Translations under genes and position numbers: made by a program | Origin: Curvularia clavata | Lineage: Eukaryota | Assembly: GCA_023920165.1 (NCBI GenBank) | Contig: CP089274.1 | Coordinates: 806,001 to 870,000, forward strand | Reading direction: 5' to 3' | Length of the DNA stretch: 64,000 nt | Notes under the pieces: model-generated | Told to the model about the DNA's origin: nothing | Seen by the model: only the letters and a program-made list of their open reading frames with translations | Databases searched by the model: none | Shown here: positions 34,791 to 48,684 of the stretch, piece by piece | Position numbering within the stretch: position 1 is the first letter of the stretch | How the letters are laid out: each line of letters starts with the position of its first letter

Positions 34791-36336
34791 ATGTTGACTC
34801 GAATCATTGCGCGAACAACACCTCGAACTATCACGACCTCTGCATTTCGCTATACTTTTAACCCAAGCATATCCACGAACCAATTTCTGCATACTTTCAG
34901 AGCCATGGCCACGGCCTCGAGAGTCCACCTCACTCCCTCTCTCGCCCCCCAACTCTCCTACTCCGTTGAGACTATCACGCCCGAAAGCGCCGAGAAAACA
35001 AGCCGACTCCTACAACTGAATCACGAACAGCATCATGTCTACTTTAATCATGAGGGCTTTCACGTTCGTCTTCCCCCCTTTCATACCATACAAGTATACT
35101 AACACTTTCTACATAGAACCACATCGTCCACCACCTCCTCACCCTCTTCGCCCTAGGCGCACCCCCTTCCCAACTTCAAAAAGCCTACGACATCAACGCG
35201 CCATACCAGCGTCCCGCAGAACCTATTTCCCCCTCCATCATCACATCCCTGCATGACCCTTCTTCCTTCCGCTCCCACCTCGGAAAAGAAAAGCACTACC
35301 ACTCCTTCCTTGTCTTTTTCCAGCAGGAAATCGACGCTAAAGGATGGGAGCAGGTGTTGCAGGAGTATCTTTTTTCAGGCACAGAAGTCGCAGAGGATTT
35401 ACTAGTGAGAATGTATGCCGGGTTTTTGCATCCGATTATTCATCTAGGGTTCGGTGTCGAGTTTAAGCAGCCGGCGATTGTGGCCGAGGCGCTGGCGCAG
35501 GGCGCGGTGCATGATAGTTGGATTGGAGAGCTGTTTGTTGAGTGTGAGAGGAAGGTGGGGGACAAGAAGGGAAAGACTGGAGAGAAAAAGTCGATTATGC
35601 AGATTCTGGAGGAGTGTAGAAAGGATGAGAAGGTCAGGGAGTCGGCGAGGTTTAGCGATGCCAATAAGATCCGTGATGGGATTATGAAGAGGGCGAAGGA
35701 GGAGATGGTGGCGTATGCGGCACAGTATGTGGTTGAGGAGGAGGATGTGGAGAGGGCGACAGCGGAGATGATAGATGCGGCTGGTTTGTTCACCCTTTTA
35801 CTTACCATTCATTCACTTTGATACATACTAACATGTGAGTAGTCTACTTCGCAGCCGCCGCCCAACGGCCGCCACAACAAGTCAAATTCGACTTCTTCTT
35901 CATCCACTGCGTCAACAGCAGCATCTTCTTCTCTGCCTTTCTCTCCCCTTCATCAGGCCTGTCGCCAGCCAACCAGCGCCGCCTGCTCCAATGGAAAATA
36001 TGGATCGACATCACAATGTACGTGTCCCGCGGCAGCCCGGAGTTGCTGCGCGATGAAATTGAAAACTACGTGCCCAAGCACAATGGCGACATGCAGGGAG
36101 TGATTGAGCGGGTCAGGAAGATTGAAGATGACGGACATGCGTGTAAACTTGTGCGCGCAATTCTCAATGCTGAAAAGGTGAGTAGGGATAGGGGGCAGGT
36201 CACGGGGGACATGTGGAGAAAGGTGGGCCATATGGCGGTGGATAGCGTGGAAGCAGGCGAGCCCATGTGGGTGAGGAGCTGTGGGTTTGAGAAGGCGTGG
36301 GAGAATGTGCCGTTGAGGGACGGAGCAAGGCTGTGA
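34791..36336 (+). CDS. HypA/AflY-like oxidoreductase (questin oxidase family, DUF4243)
   Basis: Introns 35064-35116 and 35784-35842; GFHNHIVHHLLTLFALGA, YAGFLHPIIHLGFGVE, KFDFFFIHCVNS, EDDGHACKLVRA. Arg/Thr-rich N-terminus resembles a mitochondrial presequence; alternative start at MATASR. Confidence 0.9.
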
Positions 36337-39300
36337 GTAACAAACTTGAGAAATGGGCGTTTTTTTGCCCTGTTGTTGACTGTCGTTAAATTGTTGATGA
36401 CGTTGAACGTTGATTCAATTCGACAAATGTTTCTGTTTCCATACCTGCCAAAGCGTCCAATGGTCCCAAGTTCCACCAGCCCCAAAAAAAAATCCACAGC
36501 AGGCATGGACCTGGTACCAGAGCCACCTCGTATCTCGAACCACCGTGTCTGGGTGTGTGCGTATTGTTCTATCGATCACGGGCAAGCCATGCTACGACGC
36601 AGAGGCCTATTGTTGGATAAACCTAAAACTGCCGATACCTACTATTGTCTCTAGGAGGCGCGAGGACCTTCCCCGCCAGCCTTTGTTTTTTATAGCATCT
36701 TGAATGTTGGGCGAGAGGGCAGTGAGTAGGTACATACGTAGTACGTGAACAGTGCCGAGTCGTGGGCATGTATGTATGTATGCATGAATGGATGGATGTA
36801 GAAGCCGAATATTGAATAGGCGTACGCACGTAGTTTGTGCAATGAATGACCCCCACAGGATGACGAATATGGCATGATATGCTTGAGTGGTTACAAAGGG
36901 GACCTAGGTAGCCGGGCGAACGGGGTTTTTGATCCCACATTGTGAATCAGGTGTGCTCAGGGCAAGTTTGACCTTTCTTTTCTCCAAGTGCACACAGAGT
37001 TCTGACATGAGACGAGATGGGAAAAACTTTGTTCTTTGTTCACACCAAAAGGGAAAGAGAGTACGGAGAGTATTTGGAAAAGAAAGATAGGGCCGGGTGG
37101 CTACGTCAGTGGTGCACGGGGAAGAACGTGTGTAGGTTACCTTGCTGCTCCCCCTTTCCGCCTCTTCCACTTCCCGTTCCCGCGCGTCGTGTGCGGCACG
37201 TGTCCAGGGTTAGGAAAATGTCGCACACGGGCGGGCATCGGTCAATCGGAAAATCAGAGGGTTGAATTAGGAGCCTGCTGCTCTTTGGACATTTCAAGAA
37301 GGAGGGCCGTACGAGTGCAAACGTTGGGCGTTGCAGAGTGTTTCTTTTCATAGGAGCGGGAGAGAGACAGATGGGCAAAACCGGCTGGGCAGAATGAGAT
37401 TTGAGGGGGGCAGGCTGTGTGTTTGGTGAGTAGCAGAGAGGGCGGCCGAGTGGGTTAGCTTCCGCTGTGCCTTAATAGCACAGTACGTAAGTATGCAGGT
37501 CCTGTGTTGGTTGTGCGGCGCGGTGTAGTCTTGTATGGGTAAGGGGACCAGAATAGCGCACGGGTGATAGCAGCATGGATGCCGCTTGCAAGGGAAGGGA
37601 AGGAGAGGAAGGAGACAGGTCAGGCGAGGCCTACGTGAGACGAATGGCGGCGGCTGTTGGAAATGAGGTTTTTCGTAGGTAGGCAGGCGTCTTCGGCAGT
37701 GCGTGTTGGAAGAGACGAGTAAGATTGCCGTGGGATGGAGAAACGAGTGAGAGGCGCATGTCCAGCGACAAAGGGGTTACACGGCGAAAATCTTGTTCCG
37801 TTCCTGCTCTTGTTGTCTCGACGGGCGCGTGGGTCGTGGCTGCTGCTTGCATCACTGCCTGACTGCTGCCTACTACCACGGCATTTTCTTGCTCGACGGT
37901 AATAACAACCGGCCGCTACACCGAGAATAGGCACGAAGCGTCTCATTCTAATCTCCTTCTATGGATCCCTCGTGTTGTCGTGGTTGAGAAGGCGGTGGCG
38001 GCTGCTGACAAGAGACGATCAGCTTTGCATAAGCCGCGAGAATAGCACCGGCAAATCACGCAGCCCGTAGGCGTTTAGCCAGCCGAGACTGCGCAACGCT
38101 ACTGCAGGAACAGCACTTGGCCTATTCATAGGGCCCCATGGCTCCGACATGGCATTGGGCGCAGCGAGCAAAAGAGGCGGAGAGCAAGAGGGTGTCGTTG
38201 TATGGATAGGATGCCAATGGCATTTCATCTTGGGCCATGCGACAGGAGATGGGGAGACAGCGCCTGTGGTTCACTTCATTTGCAGACGGCCGCGGTCGTG
38301 TAATATGACGACGACTACACAACTGGCGCGAGGGCGAGCAAGTCAGCACATAACCGTAGTATTGCCGCGTCCACCAGGCGCCTTGGAACCGATTGGCATA
38401 ATCTCCTGCCCCGCTCCGGCGCGCGAATCGAGCAAAGGGAGAGGCGCTCGCCGACAAGGTGGACAGGGCGAAGCAGGGCAAGGCACAAAGCCGACGGCAG
38501 CTGCATCATGACATGGGCCTCTGCGGCTAGCCCAGCGCTTGCGACAAGCAATTTGCCCCAGCGAGGGGGTTCAGCAATCATGGCGGAGGCAGCTGGAGAG
38601 GACCCATGGCAGCGACAGGTGCGCGCAGTGGAGAGCAGCGAGATTGCGATAGCTGCAACCGGCGCGCACGGAGAGCCAGGCCACCAGGCTATACCAGTAG
38701 GTCCCGGCCGCTCAAAGCCAATCCATCGCGATAAACACCTGCGGTCCGGCTGTATTGCGCCACGCCCGCCGTCATGGTCATACAGCACGATGGCATGGTG
38801 CAACAGCCCGCCGGCCCATGGTGAAGCAGACGCCTGAGGCCCCAAGGCGCGCGACCGTGTCGGTGTGAATGCTCCTCCTCACCACCTCACCACCTCAGCA
38901 TCCGTCCATTCATGGCCCCACCCCTCGCCGCCCGCAATGCAGCCATCCTGCCCTGCGCGCTGCTCAACGCCCCCATCCATGCCATAGATCCCCTTGCCGT
39001 CATGTTTCATCTTACTATCCTCGGCCTAGCCGCCGGTGCGCGCGCCCTCCACGGGCCAACCACACGCATCCTGTCTGCTTGTCAGGGACTCCCCTGCCAT
39101 GCCGCTAGCCCGAGTTTCACCCTCACTAACTCAAAATATGCCTTCATCTCCCCTAAAAGCGTCCTCTCGCACGGCCCCTCAGCCTGATAACCGCTTGTTG
39201 TTCCTTAGCACCCATTTCCCTCGCTCTTTTTCTATTGCACTTAGTCGCGTCCATTCCTTCGCTCGTCGCTCCTTTGGCTTCATCCCTCCCTTCGCTCCCC

Positions 39301-39584
39301 AACACTCGCTTTCACTACGCCCTGCTGTCTTCGCGACAGCGCTACACTCATTTTTTTGCGTTTGCAATCTGCTTCAACACCGCGCGGGATAAAAGCCTCA
39401 GGCCCTTGACCAACTTCCTACCCAACATTGCTTTCCGGACCACACTCCGAGTGAATACTTCCAGTGTATCAAGCCACCGTCCGCCTGTACAAAAAAGCAG
39501 TCACTTTTGCTCAAACACGCCGGCTGCGAGACAAAAAGTCAATCCCTCCCTCGCTCCACTCCAATCCGACAGTCTCTCTCCACT

Positions 39585-41066
39585 ATGAAGTCTGTCGCCT
39601 CCATCTCCGCTGCGGCGGCCCTTCTCTCTGGCTCCGCCAACGCCTTCTGGCGCATGCCTTGCCACGACCCCGTCGGCCTCGGCCGTATCGACCCCATTGT
39701 CGACAAGGGCATTGCCTCCAGCCACGCCCATACCATTCACGGTGGAAACAGTAAGTCTCAACAAGTGCAGTCACTTCATCGCAACTATGGCTAAACCAAC
39801 ACAGACTTCGGCCTGTCCACCACCTACGAGGACCTCCGTGCCTCCTCGTGCTCCTCTTGCCAGTTCAAGGACGATAAGTCCGCCTACTGGACCCCAACCC
39901 TGCACTTTGTCCACGAGAACGGCAAGGTTGAGATTGTCCCTCAGATTGGCGGTATGCTTGCATACTACCTTCTCCTCGGCGACAACATCAAGGCCTTCCC
40001 CAAGGGCTTCCAGATGCTGGCTGGTGACCCACGCCAGCGCAACTTCACTGGCTCCGTTCCTGACCTGCCAACCTACTCGTGGACTGAGCATGACAAGACC
40101 CAGTTCTCTCTGATGCAGAAGTCGCTTGGCTTCAACTGCCTTAACTACAACAAGGCTCCCGAGGGCTCGCGCTACCGCCACACCCTCCCCGACAAGTCCT
40201 TCATGGACGAGAACTGCGCCAACGGTATCCGTGCCGAGATCATGTTCGCCTCGTGCTGGAACGGAAAGGACGTCGACACCGCTGACCACAAGAGCCACGT
40301 CGCCTACCCCAGCATGCTTGACGGTGGTGAATGCCCCAAGGGATTCGAGACCCGTCTGCCCACCCTCTTCTACGAGACCATCTGGAACACCTACAAGTTC
40401 AAGGGCCAGGCCGGTCAGTTCGTCTGGTCCAACGGTGACCCAACTGGCTGCGGTTACCACGCTGATTTCATGAACGGCTGGAACATTGATACCCTCCAGT
40501 CGGCCGTTGACACTTGCACCAACCTCTCTGGTCGTGTCGAGGACTGCCCTGTTTTCGCCGGCAGCCTCCAGACCGAGCCCGAGATGGACAAGTGCAAGAT
40601 GGAGGAGATGCCCAGCATTCTCAAGAAGGACGACTGCGAGGGTCCCACCAACAACCTCTGCGGTGATGTCCCCATCCAGTACGGACCTGAGTACGCTGCT
40701 GCCCACAGCCCCAAGCAGGGCGGCAAGGACCAGAACAAGCCTACTCTCTCCTCCGTCTCTCTGCCCGTCCAGTCCTATGCCCCTGCTCGCTCCATGGGCC
40801 CCGGTGGCATCTCCGTCTACAACGTCGAGAAGCCTACTCCTGCTGCTCAGTACAATGCCTACCCCGAGGTCACTCCTGCTGCTAAGGCACCTGCCAAGGA
40901 TGTTTCCAAGGAGGATGAGAAGGATGACGGCATCGTCAGCACCACCACCTACGTCAAGGACGGCGTTGTCTACGTCGTTGCCATCAAGGAGGTCGAGGTC
41001 TACGTCAACGACCCTCTGCGCCGCCGCCATGCGCACGCACACCGTCGCAACATTGCCCACAACTAA
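39585..41066 (+). CDS. Secreted DUF1996-domain protein
   Basis: Signal peptide then FWRMPC..RIDPIV..HAHTIHGG; intron 39751-39804; DKSAYWTP, FPKGFQMLAGDP, SCWNGKD..DHKSHVAYP, SNGDPTGCGYHADFMNGW; His/Arg-rich end. Confidence 0.93.
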
Positions 41067-44000
41067 AGAAAAACGTTTCAGATTCTCTAAACTTCTTTTT
41101 TTCTGATCTACCTTTTTCTACTTTTTCCTAGTTTTCCCTTTGTGTGTCGTCTCTTTTTTTGATCCATCTTTGCAGAAATATATCCTCCCTTTTTTTATCT
41201 AGTTTTTGTTTCTTGTATTTCTCCTAGAGAGAAATCAGAGATACAGATGGGGCGCGAGACAAAGACACATACAAAAGAAAGGGAAGACGTGGAGAGGAAA
41301 AGGGGGGGCAAGACAGAAAAAAAGAAGCTAAAAGAAATGGAAATTCCTCGTTTTGTGTGAAGAATTATATCCCCTTGAGTTGAGTTGGCCACTTTTTTTG
41401 GTTTTTACTTTGTTCTGATTTCGAGACTTTATGACCAATATATACACTTATTACCTCTTATTCTAACGCGCAAGCGTCTTCTTCTCTTTGAATACCTTTT
41501 TTGTATCTTTTTTGTTATTTGGATTTGGTGGCCAGCAGGGGAGAAAGAGAGAGATAACAACCTTTTTTGTTTTTCGACATGACTACAATGACAAGATACA
41601 CCACCCCACAATACAAGTAGGAACAAATAAAAGGATTATTTTAATTGAACACTCGTTATATTCATTGGTTACTTGAGTGTCGCGTGGTGTGGAACGGTCA
41701 GTTTATCTGAGACTGACTAAGTAGATGCCGTCCTTTTCTTGGGACCCAACCCTGCCCCCCCCCCCCCCCCATTGGTATATATCACAGATGCATGCAACCT
41801 TGGCTATCGTGAAAACGCTGTAGATCAGACCGTTCTCTTGTCCCCCTTCTCCCTTACAGACAAACATGAAACAAGGAAACCAGAGACGAAGAACGGAACT
41901 ACCCGACCTGTACACACACAAAAAAGCAAAGCAAATACAGCTTCAGACTGGGTTAGGTGAGCATCAAAAGGAATAGGAAGATTTACAAAACGTAGAAGAT
42001 ATGTAGTGCATATGCAAGGGCGATCGCGGTTCCCCCACTTCCCATCCCTCCACCCCCCTTTCCTTCTTCTTTGCTTTTTCTCTTCTCCCTTCGGGGTGGC
42101 GTCGCTTCATCTCATCCTGCACTAGCTTGTCCTCTGTCCCTTGTTTTTTTTTTCTGTCGGAGAAAAGATGGATGCAAGACGTCTCAGATGTTTTACTTTG
42201 GTTCCCTCTTTCCATTCTTTACCTGCTTGTTGTACACATGTACTGATGGACCTACGAGACTTCTCTCTCCTTCCTTTCACACAGACACTTCCTTTTTTGA
42301 CTATTAAGACGTTTTTCGCCACAGATAGATGTGTGCTTGTTTCATTGGGTCCCCTCTTCCTCTTCCTCTCTACTGTCTCTGAACAAGCCAAGACTGGGTT
42401 AGGTTAGGTATAAAGTGAGAGCGTTACATGTTAATCATCCTTTCTTTCCCTTGGCTTCTTACTTGGACGTCTTCATCGCGGTACCTGCCAAGCTCTCTTT
42501 GCCCCTCCCCTGCGCGTATGGCCAACATGAGGTAAAAGTGTAATTTCCCTGCGTCTACAGTATCTCAAGGGTCTGTCTGATATCTGAAAGCGGGGTCGTC
42601 TGGATTTGATTGATGGCGGGGTGAAAGAGATTACGGGTATGGTGCGGGTGCGGGGGTGGCAGGGATGGTGGGACAGAGGATTGCGAGACACGAGGGGTAT
42701 ATGTAGGATATGGTAAGCTAACTGACTAGTAGCTGATTTGGTTGTTTCATATCACATCTAGTCTTGAATGACGTACTGGTAGACAAGGGTTTCCTTTACG
42801 TGGTTTCTACGGAGTAGTGTTGAGTGACATGGGGGGCGCGGTGCGTTGGGAATTACTCGTGCGTGAGTTTGCTAAGGAAGTAGACGGATGAGGTAAAATG
42901 TGGCTTAGTGTACGGTACACTCTGTAGCCAGTTACAATAGGGACCTATGCGTCCATTGTAGTATGGACTCCATAGATGAAATGTCACATGCATTTCCAAC
43001 ACTATTGCTTTCACTTCTCTACTTAGAAATTAAGTACGCAGATATACCGCCTAGAAAAAAAGATGCTGCAGATAAATATAGGGTATTGAGAGTTTTTCCT
43101 GCGCATAGCTCTTTTTCTGCATTGACGGATACTTCGACATACACATCCCCGTACACGTGCGCGTACAAGACTCACGTCCTTCGTCAGTCGATCATTCCTA
43201 AGTACCTGTGTATTCAAATCCTCCATAAAGCAGCATTTACTACCAATACTGTATTATTTGGCCCCCATGTGCCATTGTTTTGGCCTGCTTTCGTCATCGG
43301 TACCTGTGAAGTCCTGGTTGAGAAGCCAATGTAGAACCCACGTCGTGGGTGATTTAAACGCTACTGCCTTCACAACCTAGTGGCGTCGGTGGTACACATC
43401 TTTTATGAGGCATGTGTTATTAAGTGCGATGAGATGTGAAAAGCCCGAACATCTTGGGTTCATGGGAAGGCAACAATTGATAGAAATAGCGGCTCGGCTT
43501 CCTGCTTTGGGGCTTGTTTGAGGCGGTGCGTATAGGGGTCGAGGTAGGATTGGACGGAGGATAGGTGTGGCAGAGAAGTCTTTGATTGATAGGTTGAGAG
43601 GGCATCGTGTGTAACTTGGATGGGAGAAGTGCTGATATGGTGAGGTCTTGTGTGCTATGTAGTTGTGACGATGATGAGATCTAGAAACAGATATTGTTGT
43701 CTCTAGACTAGTGCAGAGAAAAGTGTGATTGGCGTGGTAGTCAGTGAGATAGGCAGGCTGTTTACGTGACAGGAACAGCAACGAGGATGGCGCATGAATT
43801 CTGGGCTCAGAAAGCTCACTCGTTTCGTATGTTCTAGTCCAAGTATGCTGAGACAGAGTGGATTGGTAGCATCAACTGCGTACGATCAAATCTGCAGTGT
43901 GCAGCTCGGATCTGCATCGTAGGGGCTTTGTTCAAAAGTACAAATTGTCTGTCTCTGCGCAGTTCTGTGCATTATTTTCACATTTATCTCTTTAGACCTT

Positions 44001-46433
44001 CAGCTCAAACGTAAAGATCAAAGCACTATGTGGATGGTCCAGAGAGTATAGGCTCAAACATCACCTTAAGTCTTCACTCAAAAACTCCAAGTACGTCATA
44101 GGAAGCCTTGATAGCGCTACGCAACCACAGACAAGCAAGGGATGGGTGGTTCTCCGTCCCTTGCAAAACGCCTTCCCGTGCTGCAGCAGCGCCATGCAGG
44201 CTGACCATGACTCTCGTCGCGAGCAGACGTAGGATTATGTCATGTCATGTCCCAACAGGCCTATCTGTTGTCCAACCCGAGCAGCGTGTCATGGGCGAGG
44301 AGTGCATGCATTTGTGGAGGCTGCTGCGGGGCGGGTAACTCGCCTAATGACGAGCTGTGGGAGACTGTAACAGGCGTGAGATGTGGTCATATCTGGCGCA
44401 GATCTTTTTTTCGATAGTGATTTATTTTCAGACGGGAATTTTGGTTTAGGAAGTTTGTATGATGCGGTAAGCAGAATGATGTCATATCGAAGGAAGAGCA
44501 AGACGAGTGGTGGTCAGAGTTCTGAAGCAGCAAGTCTCGACTGGTCGATAATCACTATCGGCGAAGAGAGATCATCATGACATTGTCGTCGCAGCAACAA
44601 CAACAACAACAACAGTAGACCTACTCTTAGGCAGAGAGATGATTGCATCAGTCGTGAGCGACGCACGACGTACGTGTACGCAAAGTTGAAACTGTATACG
44701 AATGATCAGGCCATGCCGAGACCGATGCCGATGAACTCGGCGTCCATGCCGGATTCACGCATTTCTCTGTCGAGGAGCTCTAGCACTCATCGGTGATGAC
44801 GCTCAGCTCCACGAAGCGCATCATCGTCGACAACTGCTACAAACAGCCGCACCCCTTGCAGCACATCAAGTGGAGGGGGCGCAGAATGATGAGAGGATTG
44901 ACGGCTCGCTTCCCTGAGACAGAAAGGGAGAGGGTGGGGTTGACAGGCGCGTCAATCCTGTATGGGGATCTGCAGTTTGGTATGACGTCTCTGTGGCCCT
45001 TTCGGAAAAAAAAGTGGCGGTCGCAAGAACTGCACAGGGAGCTGGCGCAACCTACGACTCTGTGAGACTTTGCGATGGATTCGAACATGGGAAAGAGAGG
45101 CTGTCATGGTAAAAACGCAACGGCGATGGGAGCGGTGGGCTCGGTCTAGACGTTGGGTAGCGGCATCGAGGATTTGGCGAAGGGATCGGTGTTTGTTTGT
45201 TTGACAGGTGTCGGTCTGAGGGCCCGTAAGGCAGAGTACACGCTACAACGACATGCCACGTTCTTGAGGCTATATTGAGGCTGATTTCGGGATTCTTGGG
45301 TTCCTTGACTCGGCTAGTGCGTGGAGAGGTTGTGATGGTTGCTCAAGCCAGCTGTCGTTGGTAGGAGTTGTTTGCCAGCCCTGTTGAATGCAGGGTCCTG
45401 CACGTCGATTTTGGCTAGGATACGATGATGGCGCAGACTAGTTACTCTATGAAGGAAGCTCTCGAGATGGTGGTCAGCGCAGCTTTTGTTTTTGGTCTTG
45501 GTCGTCTTGGTTGTCGCTGTGACCTAGGCTGAAGCATCAGAAGCACTGGCGGGCCGTTCGTCATGGCGGTTCCTGTGTCTTGGCGAGGCGGCAAAACGAA
45601 TGGTATTGCAGACAATCAGCATAATGGAAGACCAAACTCTGATGGCAAATGGAAGGGAAAAATGGGACAAACGTCAGAAGTGACGATAGCGCACCCTTGG
45701 ATACAGCGCGGTGCGGCAACAGTGGGGGTGTATGAACGCAACGGCTGTGCGGCCAGCGAGACCCTGCATTTGCAAAGTGGGCGCTAGTTCGGCCTCTACA
45801 TAGCCGTACAGGGCGGGCAGCCAATCCACAGTGGGCAGCGAGGGGGGAATGACGTTAGTGGGCGTATCTGAGGGAGTGCAGCTGTGGACTTTCCGCCTCG
45901 CTGGGTCTTTTGCGGGAGATTGGTTTCGACGCTGCAGAAGAGATGGAGAGAGTCTGACGTCGATGGAGGCCTTTGTGCTCTGCGAGAGGACCATGCAGCC
46001 GAAGGACAGATTTTCCGCCCCAGGCCTGCGTCATTGGCCACACACAACATGCTCACAGGCACGCAGACTTGAACACGGTGCTTTTTAGTGTTGACTGTCG
46101 AGGCTGCAAGAAAGAATACACCGACACCAAAGGGGAGCGGGCGCTGGGCGCGTGGTCTGCTGCCGTCGGCCTAGCACTCGGCGGCTCTGGTTTCCGGACA
46201 AGCAAAGCAGGGAACAAGCGAGAGCAAGACGACTGGGTAGACGCGGGCGGTCGCGTGTAGAATTGGAGTGGCCAGGCCAGTGTCCGTGTAGAGTAGTTTG
46301 CGCGTAGAGCATTCGCATAGAGAATTGAGTTGCCGCTCTCCACACGCCCGTCATTGGCGACATCATCACCAACGTCGCGATTTTGAGGGTGCGGGTGCGC
46401 GGCGAGCAGGGATGCAGGGATCGAGTCGCCTTG

Positions 46434-46446
46434 ATTGGCCACGTCA
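46434..46446. promoter_or_regulatory. Adjacent CCAAT box (reverse) and CCACGTCA (CRE/bZIP-type) motif upstream of the microprotein gene
   Basis: ATTGG-CCACGTCA about 190 bp upstream of TATATA (46635-46640); motif match only. Confidence 0.3.
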
Positions 46447-46782
46447 GCGCCCCAGGTCCAAAGAGGAAGGACCCTGTAGATCGCTTTCCCTGGCCGGCGC
46501 AGTGCTGAGGGTGGATGCTCGGTGGTGAGCCGATAGTCAAGGGCTGATCCATTCCCATGCCTGGCCATAGTGGACTATCCCATCCCGTCCGCCCTACTCT
46601 GCACCCTGTGCGTGCCCCGGGAGACACCAGCTACTATATAGTTTGCACCCCGCCCGCCTACTCGACTCCCATCACCATCGACTTCAGCCATATACAAACA
46701 AACTTTCATCTGGTCTCTTCACCAAGCTCCAAACACTACACCACCACCACTACCACTACTACTACTCCATACTACCATCAAC

Positions 46783-47071
46783 ATGTCCGCCATGACCGAG
46801 ACCCGCCAGTCCGTCTACGTCTCAGAGGGCTTCTCTGAGCCCATGAGCGCCCAGCATAACTTTGCCAACAACTTCGACCTCAACGACCCTGAGCGGGCCA
46901 TGAGCGAGTATCAGAGGTACGTTGCTCGGACCAGACATGACCCGTCACACCGACTAACTCTGTCTCAGGATCATGCACGAGCACACTAAGCGCCAACTCA
47001 ACACCGCAACCGACTCTGCCCGTCGACGAAGTGGAGCCTCCAACGAGTCCGTCAGCTCCACCAGCTCGTAG
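46783..47071 (+). CDS. 78-aa microprotein of unknown function (2 exons)
   Basis: TATATA box, CAC/TAC-rich leader, CAACATG start context; intron 46917-46968 (GTACGT..CTAAC..TCAG); ...DPERAMSEYQR|IMHEHTKRQLNTATDSARRRSGASNESVSSTSS*. Confidence 0.8.
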
Positions 47072-48684
47072 CACTGTTGCCGACTCATCCTCTACAATTT
47101 CCTCTTCCAGCGTCTGGGACGCAGTTTATCATAGCTATGCATGGGACAGGATCATATCATCTCTCCATCTCACAAGGGCGGTTGGCGGTCGGCGTTTTTG
47201 GCTTTATTCCTGGCTTTTGCCAGTGACATGCACGTTTGGTGTTGGATCAAATTAGCGAAATACCTTGTCTATGAATCAATTCAGCGTCTCCTTTGTTCGA
47301 GACATGATCTCTCATCATCTTCTCACTTCTGACAATTCATGTGTGCTTGTGTGTTCAATTTACAACGTGGCAACCCAACTCTTCTCGGCCCACTGCATAC
47401 ATATGGCAAATGCAAATGCAAGCTTACCCCATCAAATCTCCCCTACGTGTCGTCTTCGCACCGCTGTGTGTTGTGTGCTTATTCCTTATTCCCACCAAAA
47501 CACGCCTATCATCATTTTCCGTCCGGTTTCCCTAGCTACTAGTCCAAGCCACTGCATGCAGCCCACCCCCTATGCCTGCATCAAATTTACCCATGTAAAA
47601 AAAATACCATCTACTCCAAATGGCCATGCAGGGGTTTCAAGAGCCACATGACCATGGCAATAGGGCAAGTTGGGCTTGCAGCCACTGGGGACTAGTTTGT
47701 GCCCAAACGGCGCCAAAAATTCCGGCCAGGGTCCACTGGCGAGACCCTGTTTGCAAAATACACTAGTATCTTGCAGCGCGATCTCCAAAACCTGATATTG
47801 CGGGTAGAAACACCGTTGTAGCGCCGTTGCAGCCAGGGTGATGCTGAGGGGGCGAGCACGCGAGAGGCTAAGGGTTAAGAGGGGGAGAGACCAATCTAGA
47901 ATCTTTGCGTGAGAAAGCAATTGGGCATAATGAAATGCTGTTGATCATCAAAAAGGCCATTCACAGACACTGGAGGAGACGTGGGATGCAGACACACTAC
48001 TTGTTAGCTTGGGACTATTGGCTTGGAACTGCGGCAGGGTTCTTTGCGCCTGAACCGGATACGAAGCGTTTCCAGTATTAACGCCTTGTTCTTGTAGTCT
48101 TGCACCTCATGACCGGCTTTGCGATAACCCTCGCGCCGAAAGTACCGCCGATGTCAACCACACCCAAATCTCCTCATCACCGCACGCTATCATTGCCGAC
48201 GCTGCTTTGGCTAACCGGCATATAAAGTACCAGGCCCCAAACTCGCCTGTGATAGGCAATGCAGCAGCACTTGGTCATGCAAGCTTCATGGCGGATTTCC
48301 AAAACCGAGCTTCCGCCCATGTTGACCAGCCCCTCACATTCCCCTCGGACGGCCTCCGCATCAGATTCTCAACAATGCGGTCATTGACCATGCGGGACTA
48401 GAAGAAGTAAGGTACAAACGTCTGTCCGCCGCGTTCCGCAGCAAAAAGAACCTCCAAAAGCACGTTGGCAGTCCACGCGCCAAACAGCAGCCCTCGGATT
48501 GGTCCATCCCGCACGTGTTCCCCACTAGTGACATCGTCGACATGCCTTTCCATCCGAACATTCATCAACCGCCGCCAGGCACCATTCACTTCCTCTCTTG
48601 CAGCCGTCTTGTTTGATTCTTGAGGTTCTGTCTGCAAAGTTGCATTGTTTGCACGTGACCTGTTTCTGTGTTGTGACCAACACC

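Noticed and set aside
34791..36336. HypA/AflY-like gene as a sign of a secondary-metabolite cluster
   Set aside because: No PKS, NRPS or other tailoring genes in the window; stand-alone members of this family are common.
37206..37214. CCTAACCCT on the minus strand as a possible telomerase RNA template (also TAACCCTA near 57877)
   Set aside because: A few 8-9-nt telomere-repeat matches are expected by chance in 64 kb; I could not identify a pseudoknot or CR4/5 domain.
39771..41060. 429-aa antisense ORF over the DUF1996 gene
   Set aside because: Same codon-bias shadow; V/L/G-rich and motif-less.
41755..44613. Poly-C tract (41755-41770) and (CAA)n run (~44594-44613)
   Set aside because: Ordinary simple repeats in intergenic DNA.
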